From Eledone cirrhosa (taxonomy: Eukaryota): a stretch of 64,000 nt of DNA. The position numbers were made by a program, and so were the translations under genes. The notes under the pieces are model-generated. The model had not been told where the DNA came from. It did not search any database and saw nothing but the letters and a program-made list of their open reading frames with translations. Where the stretch lies: the NCBI GenBank assembly GCA_964016885.1, contig OZ024752.1, positions 30,132,001 to 30,196,000 on the forward strand. The letters run 5' to 3'. Each line of letters starts with the position of its first letter. Position 1 is the first letter of the stretch. Below are positions 26,328 to 37,535 of the stretch, piece by piece.

Positions 26328-27544
26328 TTAAACTTCTGTTTTGCATGTTCAAAATCCTACAACCATTAATTCTATCCCTCTCCTCACAAAAAAAACAGTG
26401 TGTGTACACGCATGCATAATTGTATGTATGCCTTTATGTTTATGTATACATACTTTTGTGTGTATAGTGTATCATAGTGAGAGGAAACACTCACATTGAA
26501 GAGGTGATTACAGTGTAATTATCTTAAAGAATTCTACCTGAAAATGCATAAATTATGTTTAAATGAGACTCTTAGACTCTTACAAAATTAAAGCTGTAAT
26601 TCTTGTAATGCAGTTTTATGTTCACTTTTTTTCATGTTTGTCTTCCTATAAAATTAATATCTGATGTGATAATTTATGCTTTCTGCTAATTTTCTTCAGC
26701 TTCTTATTGTTATAGCTACAAGGGTGGTGTTGAAAAGTTCATAGGCTGACTATGAAGGAGTGATGCTAGAGCTGTGAAATCTTGCATGCATTAATTTCAA
26801 CTTTTCTTAGTAATAACTGCATTGTTTCTTTCTGGGGACTATGTTGAAAAATAAACCTCATTTGGTTATACCATGAGAGTATCTTGGTCAGCAGACCTTT
26901 GTATCATATATGATGAGGACTCCATTAAGCTGTGGGAAAGGCAACCCATCTTGTGGGGAAGGCAGTTAATCTGAATAAATAAGACTGCATGGGGTAGGCG
27001 TGGGCTCCATAAACCATAGTGAAGGCAACTCATCTAGGAATGCAATCATTCTGAATAAAAACTGATACAGGGTTGAAAGGATTTTTGTCCTGTACCTCCT
27101 TAGTGTTGGTGGGCATGATAAAAATGGCTAGTGATATGAAGGTCATCCAGCCAGAAAACTATTCCCAAAATTATCGAAAGCATAATAATTTTAAGGTTTT
27201 ACCAATAAATGTGCAAGTGTTATTAATCATGTGATGTTTTGCAATGTTCAGGATGGTTTCAAATGGAAAAAAAATAAGAAAAAATTTATAGTGGCACTAG
27301 ATACTGTATATGAAAAACAAAACAAAAAGGAGTTTGAAGATGTAGTGAGATGTAGGTGGTGAGGAGAGTTGCCATTTGAAGATAACTGGAGAAAAAACAC
27401 TACTGTAACAAGCTATAATGCTAGTATAGAAAAAATCTTAAATTAAGAAAAATATATGATATATAGAGGTATTGATCAAGAAATTCAGAGATAATTATGT
27501 TGATCTGCCAAATTCAAAGAAAGAGATATGATTGAAGGAAGGGA

Positions 27545-27935
27545 AAGAGGAGATGGTGGTAGAAGAGGAGGCAGTGGTGGTGATGGTAGTGGTGGTAGTA
27601 GTAGTAGAAGAGGGGGTTGTGGTGGTGATGGTAGTAGTAATGGTGGGGGGGAAATGGAAGACAGGGTGGTGGTAGATGTGATGATGGTGGTGGTAGTGAT
27701 AGGAGTGGGGGGTTGTGGTGGTGGTGTGGGGGGGTTGTGGTGATGGTAGTGGGGGGTGGGGGTGGATATGTAGTGGTGGTGGTGGTGGTGGTGGTGGTTG
27801 TGGAGATAGTGGTTGTGGTGATGCCTGTTGTGGTGATGGTGGTAGGAGTGGTGGTAGTGATGGTGGTGATAGTGGTGATAGTGGTGGTGGTAATGAAGGT
27901 GGTGGTAGAAGTAGTGGTGATGGTGAAGATGTTAG
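27545..27935. repeat. (GGT/GAT/AGT)n low-complexity tract
   Basis: Degenerate trinucleotide repeat. Confidence 0.9.
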
Positions 27936-28245
27936 TATTGATAATCATATTGGTGTTGTTTAGCCCCTGGTCAGTCTTTATAGAGCAGATCTACTATTAA
28001 AAACATTCTTTATGTGATTATTCTATTTTATATCTTTTCCAAGATGTAGTCTATATAGAACAACATTACCCAATACTTTTCTTTTTTATAGAAAGCAGGA
28101 TTAGATCTCAGCCTACAATTTCTAAATGATCAGTCAACAATGGCGTCACACATTTCATTGTCTGACACAAGAAAGGTGCAAGTAAATCTTATATTTATTA
28201 CAACTTATTTTGTAAATAAATTGGAATTATATTGAAATATAATCA

Positions 28246-30000
28246 AATACCTTGTGTTGGACTTTCAAAAGGTTTGATGACAGAATCAGTAGAGTGCTCA
28301 ACTAAATACCTTGTGTTGGACTTTCAAAGGGTTTGATGACAGAATCAGTAGAGTGCTCAACTAAATACCTTGTGTTGGACTTTCAAAGGGTTTGATGACA
28401 GAATCAGTAGAGTGCTCAACTAAATAACTTGTGTTGGACTTTCAAAAAGATTGATGACAGAATCAGTAGAGTGCTCAACTAAATAACTTGTGTTGGATTT
28501 TCAAAGGGTTTGATGACAGAATCAGTAGAGTGCTCAACTAAATACCTTGTGTTGAACTTTCAAAGGGTTTGATGACAGAATCAGTAGAGTGCTCAACTAA
28601 ATACCTTGTGTTGAACTTTCAAAGGGTTTGATGACAGAATCAGTAGAGTGCTCAACTAAATACCTTGTGTTGGACTTTCAAAGGGTTTGATGACAGAATC
28701 AGTAGAGTGCTCAACTAAATAACTTGTGTTGGACTTTCAAAAGGTTTGATGACAGAATCAGTAGAGTGCTCAACTAAATACCTTGTGTTGGATTTTCAAA
28801 GGGTTTGATGACAGAATCAGTAGAGTGCTCAACTAAATAACTTGTGTTGGACTTTCAAAGGGTTTGATGACAGAATCAGTAGAGTGCTCAACTAAATACC
28901 TTGTGTTGGACTTTCAAAGCATTTGATGACAGAATCAGTAGAGTGCTCAACTAAATACCTTGTGTTGGACTTTCAAAAGGTTTGATGACAGAATCAGTAG
29001 AGTGCTCAAGTAAATACCTTGTGTTGGATTTTCAAAGGGTTTGATGACAGAATCGGTAGAGTGCTCAACTAAATACCTTGTGTTGGACTTTCAAAAGGTT
29101 TGATGACAGAATCAGTAGAGTGCTCAAGTAAATACCTTGTGTTGGATTTTCAAAGGGTTTGATGACAGAATCGGTAGAGTGCTCAACTAAATACCTTGTG
29201 TTGGACTTTCAAAAGGTTTGATGACAGAATCAGTAGAGTGATCAACTAAATACCTTGTGTTGGATTTTCAAAGGGTTTGATGACAGAATCAGTAGAGTGC
29301 TCAACTAAATACCTTGTGTTGGACTTTCAAAAGGTTTGATGACAGAATCAGTAGAGTGCTCAAGTAAATACCTTGTGTTGGATTTTCAAAGCGTTTGATG
29401 ACAGAATCAGTAGAGTGCTTAACTAAATACCTTGTGTTGGACTTTCAAAAGGTTTGATGACAGAATCAGTAGAGTGCTCAAGTAAATACCTTGTGTTGGA
29501 TTTTCAAAGGGTTTGATGACAGAATCGGTAGAGTGCTCAACTAAATACCTTGTGTTGGGCTTTCAAAAGGTTTGATGACAGAATCAGTAGAGTGCTCAAG
29601 TAAATACCTTGTGTTGGATTTTCAAAGGGTTTGATGACAGAATCGGTAGAGTGCTCAACTAAATACCTTGTGTTGGACTTTCAAAAGGTTTGATGACAGA
29701 ATCAGTAGAGTGCTCAACTAAATACCTTGTGTTGGATTTTCAAAGGGTTTGATGACAGAATCAGTAGAGTGCTCAACTAAATACTTTGTGTTGGATTTTC
29801 AAAGGGTTTGATGACAGAATCAGTAGAATGCTCAACTAAATACCTTGTGTTGGATTTTCAAAGGGTTTGATGACAGAATCAGTAGAGTGCTCAACTAAAT
29901 ACCTTGTGTTGGACTTTGAAAGGGTTTGATGACAGAATCGGTAGAGTGCTCAACTAAATACCTTGTGTTGGATTTTTAAAAGGTTTGATGAGAGAATCAG
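28246..30000. repeat. 59-bp satellite, about 30 copies
   Basis: AAATACCTTGTGTTGGACTTTCAAAGGGTTTGATGACAGAATCAGTAGAGTGCTCAACT head-to-tail with no spacers. Confidence 0.97.
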
Positions 30001-30001
30001 A

Positions 30002-30190
30002 CCAAGGAAATAATGTTTCTATTGGTCTTTCCATTGCTAATACTATCTACTGGTCGCAACTCCTGGCAGAAAGAGCAATGTGAAATAAAGAGTCTTGCTC
30101 AAGGACATAGTGCACCACCTGGTCTGGGAATCAAACTCACATCCTCATGATTGTGAAACCAATTCTCAAACCCCTAAGCCATACATCTTC
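30002..30190 (-). mobile_element. Family A-headed SINE with a third tail type
   Basis: GCAATGTGAAATAAAG..CTTGCTCAAGG head in reverse; the tail also occurs at 16281-16345. Confidence 0.6.
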
Positions 30191-30297
30191 CCAAACATAT
30201 AAGAAGGTGATTCAATTCTATAAAATTGTGACTTTGTATCAATATAAAAAATCAATAATCATATATTAATGATTTTCTTTTGTTTCAGTGATAGAGT

Positions 30298-30506
30298 GTC
30301 GTATATACATGAATATAAGCTGATTCAAATATAAGCCACCCCTATTTTATGTCTGAGAAATGGGCAAAAATCCAAACCCTGTTTATAAGCCGAAGCAGCT
30401 AATCGACACAATAGGTTTAGATGGCGAATATAAACCAATCCTCCTCATTTTACCCCCTGATTATTTGGTCACATATTCCTCAGCTTATATTTGAGTATAT
30501 ACAGTA
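30298..30506. mobile_element. Tc1/mariner-pogo-type MITE
   Basis: TIR CGTATATACATGAATATAAGCTGA / TCAGCTTATATTTGAGTATATACAG; sibling of 2340-2549. Confidence 0.7.
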
Positions 30507-30678
30507 ATTTCATAAAAAGAGAGCTGAAGTAATTTAGTAATTTAGTTCCTCCAGTATATCCAGTAATCCTTGTTTATCAATCTCAAAAGAATGACAGGTA
30601 TAGCTAAGTACTAAAATAGCAAAGATGTTTCATCAGGCTCTTTATAGATCATGCTAAATTTACTGTTCTTTATACAAA

Positions 30679-30719
<41 letters not shown>

Positions 30720-30724
<5 letters not shown>

Positions 30725-31199
30725 CAGGAAAGAAGGTTTACATGGTTTGCTATACAAAAAAGTTTTTAATCACATAGCTTACATTTGTTTCACTGAACTG
30801 GTCTGTCTAGAGATCGCTATCCGCCTAATTTTGCGTCACTCGATCGCCAATACAGAATTATAACCAGTCAGATCTTCGCTGACTGGTTATAATTCTGTAT
30901 TGGCGATCGAGTGACGCAAAATTAGGCGGATAGCGATCTCTAGACAGACCAGTTCAGTGAAACAAATGTAAGCTATGTGATTAAAAACTTTTTTGTATAG
31001 CAAACCATGTAAACCTTCTTTCCTGATTTATTATTACTCTAAGTGTTTACAACATAGGAATTACAGCATACCCGCAGCATCACTATGAAAACGCCTTGTT
31101 GAGTCAAACCAAGCCAAGCGTTAATATCATCCACTACCTGGAATACCATAACTGGACTTCACCTAAGTGGACTGCATTTAACTATTATTTGTTAATCCG

Positions 31200-31200
<1 letters not shown>
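30720..31200. mobile_element. Palindrome (152-bp arms, 7-nt loop) plus ~170-bp tail in (TA)n; PLE-terminus-like
   Basis: 30720-30871 is the reverse complement of 30879-31030; contains the HHR 3' half GAAAC-AAAT-GTA at 30959. Confidence 0.75.
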
Positions 31201-31295
<95 letters not shown>

Positions 31296-31408
31296 TATAT
31301 ATATACACATATATATATACACATATATAAATATATGTATATATATCATCACCATTTTACATCTATTTTCCCCACTAGCATATACATTTAGACGAGGTGT
31401 ATTTGTGT

Positions 31409-31447
31409 ATCAGAAGGCTGCGTGTTCAAATCACGTCGGCGTCACCA
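31409..31447 (+). pseudogene. 3' half of tRNA-Trp (positions 38-76, including CCA)
   Basis: ATCAGAAGGCTGCGTGTTCAAATCACGTCGGCGTCACCA matches the metazoan tRNA-Trp 3' half as recalled; it lies between 24-bp direct repeats. Confidence 0.8.
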
Positions 31448-31768
31448 CTTTAGACGAGGTGTATTTGTGTATTTATGACTTACAAAAATATTCAGAAGAA
31501 TACGAATGGCTGGTGCGTGTTTGTACAATCAGCTCCAAGAAAAAAATGCGTGTTGTCGCTCTGCATTATTTTTGCCGGAGTGTCTGTGTTATTTTTATGA
31601 CGTGCGTTTGTGACGTCAGAGCTATCATACCACAGGTGTGGCTTCGCTGCATACATTTTTCCCGGTTATTATGTATTTTCCGTTTGTTCAGAGATTATAT
31701 GCATTGCACCAAAAAAGTGGTTCTTCAACCCTTGTAATTCATAACACACTTCTTTGTGTCTTTATTTC

Positions 31769-31867
<99 letters not shown>

Positions 31868-31884
31868 AATATATATATATATAA

Positions 31885-31915
<31 letters not shown>

Positions 31916-31968
31916 AATATATATATTTATATATATGTATATATATATAAATATATATAGAAATATAT

Positions 31969-31999
<31 letters not shown>

Positions 32000-32006
32000 A
32001 TATATA

Positions 32007-32074
<68 letters not shown>

Positions 32075-32091
32075 TATATATATAATATATA

Positions 32092-32237
<146 letters not shown>

Positions 32238-32243
32238 ATATTC

Positions 32244-32279
<36 letters not shown>

Positions 32280-32286
32280 ATATTCA

Positions 32287-32317
<31 letters not shown>

Positions 32318-32941
32318 CGTAAACGGCAAAGCATAAACGAACTAAGGAAAAAAAAATTAGAAATAAGAGGGATCAGATGTTGTTTCTCTATTACCGAGAC
32401 CTTTGGCGGTACTCAGTAATAGAGAAGACCCGCCTTACCTAAATACAAAGTAAAACCTACTACAGTCAGTAGGCATCTCTAACAAAATACACCCCTATCC
32501 CACCACCCCCACCCCATCCACAACGCCCCTTTTAATGTAAAGTTATGTTGGTGCCACAACATCCAGGCCGAAACAAATGAGATCGTGTAGGTGTCACGAC
32601 AAAAAAACACACAGTCCACGCTGTAAATGTGGCCGTGTAGGCAACACGGTAAAAACCTCCCAGCCCCACACTGTAAATGTGGTTGGTGTTAGGAAGGGCA
32701 TCCAGCTGTAGAAAACCCGCCAGACAGTCCACGCTGTAATGTGGCCGTGTAGGCAACACGGTAAAAACCTCCCAGCCCCACACTGTAAATGTGGTTGGTG
32801 TTAGGAAAGGCATCCAACTGTAGAAAACCCGCCAGACAGTCCTATGCGAGCAAGACAACCACTCTTGCCTCAAGTGGGAAAACTCCCGTCCAAACCCATG
32901 CAAGCGTGGAACATGGACGTTAAACGATGATGATGATGATG

Positions 32942-32943
<2 letters not shown>
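32318..32943 (+). mobile_element. Internally deleted RTE 3' fragment of another subfamily
   Basis: [17 protein letters not shown], then a jump to RDLWR; 3' UTR with a duplicated ~120-bp module; (GAT)n tail. Confidence 0.8.
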
Positions 32944-32976
<33 letters not shown>

Positions 32977-33318
32977 CATGGAGGCACATGGCTTAGTGGT
33001 TAGAGCATTGTCCTTGCAATCGAAAGGTTGTGAATTCAATTCTCAGACCGGGTGATGTGTTGTTTCCTTGAGCAAGACACTTTATTTCACATTGCTCCAG
33101 TTTACTGAGCTGTAGAAATGAGATGATAGGGACTGGGGTCCATATCATTCCACTGCAAAGTGGTCGTGGAGGTGCCACGGCAAAAAAGCACCCAGCACTC
33201 ACTGTAAATGAGGTTGGTGTTAGGAAGGGCATCCAGCTGTAGAAATCAAGCCAGAATCAGTTCCCGTCCCACCCTTGCAGGTAGGGAAAAGCGGACGTAA
33301 AATGATGATGATGATGAT
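32977..33318 (+). mobile_element. SINE family A, full length
   Basis: tRNA head TGGCTTAGTGG / GAATTCAATTC, body, RTE-derived tail and (GAT)n. Confidence 0.9.
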
Positions 33319-33347
33319 ATAAATATATATATAAATATATATATATT

Positions 33348-33378
<31 letters not shown>

Positions 33379-33454
33379 AAATATATAAATATATATAAAT
33401 ATATATATATATTTATATATATATATATTTATATATATATATATATAAATATAT

Positions 33455-34107
33455 ATATTGTTATGCTTGGGGAGGGTCATATTTGCGTAATATTGCCAGA
33501 ATTAATAACAGAACACACTCACTGTTTGGTTGGTTTTCGCTTCTCGCTGTCTTTTATATCTGCGATCTAACTTACTCGGTCCTCAATGTTGCCATTGACT
33601 GACCGGTGGTCAAAAATAATACAGATACAATATAGACACAAACACATATATATATAGTTTACATAATTTACATAAATCTTTTGTTGCACATCTGCAACAT
33701 CGTCAGTGGTGTTATATTCATTGTTCCTCCTGTTGTGTTGTATGTCTACGCCATTTTATATAAAATGGCGTAGACATACAACACAACAGGAGGAACAATG
33801 AATATAACACCACTGACGATGTTGCAGATGTGCAACAAAAGATTTATGTAAATTATGTAAACTATATATATATGTGTTTGTGTCTATATTGTATCTGTAT
33901 TATTTTTGACCGCCGGTCAGTCAATGGCAACATTGAGGACCGAGTAAGTTAGATCGCAGATATAAAAGACAGCGAGAAGCGAAAACCAACCAAACAGTGA
34001 GTGTGTTCTGTTATTAATTCTGGCAATATTACGCAAATATGACCCTCCCCAAGTATAACAATATCTGTTTCGACACACGATTTCATATAAAAAACCTCGC
34101 AAAACTA
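33455..34107. mobile_element. Spacer-less palindrome (305-bp arms) plus ~43-bp tail; pLTR end of a PLE related to 57771-63178
   Basis: Centre at 33759/33760, 2 mismatches seen. The end ATGACCCTCCCCAAGTATAACAATATCTGTTTCGACACACGATTTC is homologous to 63099-63144. Degenerate HHR at 33809-33849. Confidence 0.85.
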
Positions 34108-34282
34108 AATATATATATATATTTATATATATATATATTTATATATATATTTATATTTATATATATATTTATATATATATAATGCAAGATAATATATATA
34201 TAATATATATATAATATATATATATGTATATATATTATATGTATATTATATAATAATATACATATAATATATATATAATGCA

Positions 34283-37063
34283 AGAATCATTAAACTCAGA
34301 CTAGTCCTGAATAAGACAATTACCACAATAATATCAGCTTACGCACCCCAATCGGGGCTGCCAGACGAACTTAAGGATAGGTTTTACGAGTCCCTAATAC
34401 ACACTACTGCTCTAACAGACGACAAGGACTTCCTAATCATTGCAGGAGATTTTAACGGACACGTAGGTAAACACTGCGACGGCTTCAATAGAGTACATGG
34501 AGGCCATGGAGTTGGCACAAGGAATGAGGAAGGATTCAGACTTCTAGAATTCTGCGACGCCAATGACATGTCGATATGTAACACAAACTTTAAAAAACCC
34601 GACAACCACCTGATCACCTATAGATCAGGGGAGCACTCTAGTCAGTTAGATTTTATTCTCATCAGAGGACGTGACAGATGGACGGTCGTAAACACAAAAG
34701 CCTTCCCTAGTGAGGAATGTACATCCCAACATAGCTTAGTTGTCAGCGACCTCACGGTCAGAACTAGACGAGCCCTGAAACAGAGGCCAACCTGGAGAAG
34801 AAAGATCTGGAAGCTGAAAGTCCCCTCAACCAGTAACAGATTTAAAGATATTTTACTCAACGCCTACGACAGTAAAGAAGAACAGATAGAGACATTTAAC
34901 GTAGAAGAGAACTGGGAGTTCCTAAAAAATAACTTACTAGAGGCGACGGATGAGGTTTGTGGCTGGAGTAAGACCTCAAGCAGGAGGAGAGTGACTTGGT
35001 GGTGGAACAATAAGGTAGATGAAGCAGTCAAGGCCAAGAGACAGGCATGGAAAGAATGGAAGAACGGGGGGAGCAGGGTACATTACATAGAGACCAAGAG
35101 GGAAGCTAGGCGACAAGTATACTTAGCTAGGAGGGAAGCAGAGGATAGAAAATTCAAGCATGTTTTACAACGTGAGGACCAGAAACAGGAGGTATTCAAG
35201 ATTGCGAGGCAGTGTGTCAGAGATAGTTGTGATGTCATTGGAGAGAAGTGTATCCGGAATGATAAAGGTGAGCTTGCCCTCACAAGTGCTGAGAAGAAAG
35301 ATGCATGGAAGAGTCATTATGATAGATTACTAAATGAGGAGAATGCATGGGAAGAAGAGACCCTACCCCACGTAGACCCTATAGAGGGACCAGCAGTACA
35401 AGTCAGCGGCAGCGTAGTAAGTAAGGCAATCAGAGATATGAAGATAGGGAAGGCAACCGGTCCATCGGGTATAGCTGCCGAGATGCTGAAGGCATCTGGG
35501 TCTGTAGGTCACACTATAACCACACGTATCGTTAACCAGGTAATACTAGAGGGGGCCATACCAAAAGATTGGTGCAGTAGCATCATTGTCAACTGCTACA
35601 AAGGTAAAGGCGATGCACTAGATAGAGGAAACTATAGAGGTATAAAGTTGATGGACCAGGTCATGAAAGTAACAGAAAGAGTTATAGCACAGCTGATTAG
35701 GGACCGGGTGAATATAGACGAGATGCAATTTGGGTTTGTTCCAGGGAAAGGCACCACTGATGCGCTCTTCCTTGTGAGGCAATTACAGGAAAAGTACCTA
35801 GCTAAAAGTAAGCCACTCTACTTGGCATTTGTCGACCTTGAGAAAGCCTTTGACAGAGTTCCACGTGCAGTAATCTGGTGGGCTCTTAGAAAACTAGGAG
35901 TAGATGAATGGCTTGTGAAAGCGGTACAAGCCATGTATAGGGGAGCAGTCAGCAAAGTTAGGATTGGCAATGAGTATAGCGAGGAATTTAGCGTACAGGT
36001 TGGGGTCCACCAGGGCTCTGTTCTTAGCCCTCTCCTGTTCATCATAGTCCTGCAGGCAATAACGGAGGAGTTTAAGACCGGATGCCCATGGGAACTCCTG
36101 TATGCTGATGACCTCGCACTCATAGCTGAATCTATGGTAGAACTAGAGAATAAATTCCAAACCTGGAAGCAGGGACTAGAGAGAAAGGGCCTCAAAGTCA
36201 ACATGACAAAGACTAAGGTCCTTATAAGTAGACGAGAAAACAGAACCCAGATCCCCTCAGGGAAATGGCCTTGCTCAGTATGTAGGAAAGGTGTAGGTAG
36301 GAACTCCATTCTTTGCCCCAAATGCATACAATGGGTACACAAGAGATGTAGCGGGATCTCAGGAAGCTTAATTAAGAATGTAGGATTCACATGCAGCAGC
36401 TGTGCTGAAACAGCAAGCAAACAGCCACAGGAAACAAGTACCACCAATCTCTGGGAGGGCCCTGTAGAAACAGTAGACAGCTTCTGCTACCTAGGTGACC
36501 GAATTAGCAACGGAGGTGGGTGCTCAGAAAGTACAATAACTAGGGTAAGAACGGGATGGAAGAAGTTTAGGGAACTACTACCACTGCTAGCTGCAAAAGG
36601 CTTCTCCCTCAGAATGAAAGGCAGACTGTATGATGCGTGTATCCGAACAGCGATGTTGCATGGTAGTGAGACCTGGGCGCTGAAGGTGGAAGACTTACGT
36701 AGATTAGAGAGAAACGAAGCCTGCATGCTCCGATGGATGTGTAACAGTAATATACGTGAACGACAAAGCATAAATGAATTGAGAGAGAGACTGAGCATAA
36801 GAGGAATCAAATGCTGCGTGCAGGAGAGGCGGTTACGCTGGTATGGACATGTGATGCGTATGAAGGATGACAGCTGCATAAAAAGGTGCAGAGCACTAGA
36901 AGTTGATGGAAACCGCGGAGTGGGGAGACCCAAGATGACTTGGGATGAGGTGATAAGAGCCGACCTTACCCAACTACACCTCTCAAAGTCAATGACACAC
37001 GACCGTGACTTCTGGCGTCACGCAGTAATACAGGGTACCCGACCTCCCATGGGTACATGCTGA
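34283..37063 (+). CDS. RTE ORF: partial APE endonuclease + reverse transcriptase + PHD-like finger
   Basis: Frame is open upstream of 34568 (ISAYAPQ, IAGDFNGHVG, LDFIL, SQH); RT motifs QFGF, FVDLEKAFD, QGSVLSP, YADD; CSVC..CPKC..H..C..CSSC. Confidence 0.93.
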   Translation, partial: RIIKLRLVLNKTITTIISAYAPQSGLPDELKDRFYESLIHTTALTDDKDFLIIAGDFNGHVGKHCDGFNRVHGGHGVGTRNEEGFRLLEFCDANDMSICNTNFKKPDNHLITYRSGEHSSQLDFILIRGRDRWTVVNTKAFPSEECTSQHSLVVSDLTVRTRRALKQRPTWRRKIWKLKVPSTSNRFKDILLNAYDSKEEQIETFNVEENWEFLKNNLLEATDEVCGWSKTSSRRRVTWWWNNKVDEAVKAKRQAWKEWKNGGSRVHYIETKREARRQVYLARREAEDRKFKHVLQREDQKQEVFKIARQCVRDSCDVIGEKCIRNDKGELALTSAEKKDAWKSHYDRLLNEENAWEEETLPHVDPIEGPAVQVSGSVVSKAIRDMKIGKATGPSGIAAEMLKASGSVGHTITTRIVNQVILEGAIPKDWCSSIIVNCYKGKGDALDRGNYRGIKLMDQVMKVTERVIAQLIRDRVNIDEMQFGFVPGKGTTDALFLVRQLQEKYLAKSKPLYLAFVDLEKAFDRVPRAVIWWALRKLGVDEWLVKAVQAMYRGAVSKVRIGNEYSEEFSVQVGVHQGSVLSPLLFIIVLQAITEEFKTGCPWELLYADDLALIAESMVELENKFQTWKQGLERKGLKVNMTKTKVLISRRENRTQIPSGKWPCSVCRKGVGRNSILCPKCIQWVHKRCSGISGSLIKNVGFTCSSCAETASKQPQETSTTNLWEGPVETVDSFCYLGDRISNGGGCSESTITRVRTGWKKFRELLPLLAAKGFSLRMKGRLYDACIRTAMLHGSETWALKVEDLRRLERNEACMLRWMCNSNIRERQSINELRERLSIRGIKCCVQERRLRWYGHVMRMKDDSCIKRCRALEVDGNRGVGRPKMTWDEVIRADLTQLHLSKSMTHDRDFWRHAVIQGTRPPMGTC

Positions 37064-37363
37064 AGCATATAAACAATATGCCCCCCCCCCCCCACCGCAA
37101 GGTGGTCGTGGAGGTGCCACGGCAAAAAAGCACCCAGCCCACACTGTAAAGTGGACGTGTAGGCGCCACGAAAAAGCACCCAGCACTCACTGTAAATGAG
37201 GTTGGTGTTAGGAAGGGCATCCAGCTGTAGAAATCAAGCCAGATCAGTTCCTGTATGAGCAAGGCATGGTCAGCCGACCAGACACTGCCCACAACAGGAC
37301 AACCCGTCTAACCCATGCTAGCGTGGAAGAACGGACGTAAAACGGTGATGATGATGATGATGA
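34283..37363 (+). mobile_element. Young 5'-truncated RTE-clade LINE
   Basis: Uninterrupted ORF, 3' UTR and (GAT)n tail, flanked by TA-rich tracts. Confidence 0.95.
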
Positions 37364-37535
37364 TAAATATATATATATATACAAATATATATATAAATAT
37401 ATATATATATTTATATATATATTTATATTTATATATATATAAATATATATATAAATATATATACAAATATATATATAAATATATATATATAAATATATAT
37501 ATAAATATATATATAAATATATATATATAAATATA

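Noticed and set aside
27514-28000. Gly-, Val- or Thr/Pro-rich protein
   Set aside because: GGT-type simple repeat open in several frames, with no splice support.
28246-30000. CRISPR array
   Set aside because: Head-to-tail units with no unique spacers, no cas genes, and a eukaryotic context.
30720-31030. Palindromes as DNA-transposon MITEs
   Set aside because: One-sided tails, hammerhead motifs and (at 33455) homology to a PLE end fit retroelement inversion better.
31409-31447. Functional tRNA gene or ordinary LTR primer-binding site
   Set aside because: The 5' half and A box are absent; the match is 39 nt and no adjacent TG..CA LTR was recognised.
35818-36933. Antisense ORFs over the RTE and PLE genes (also 46244-48019, 59481-60940)
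   Set aside because: Shadow frames of real coding sequence with no independent motifs.
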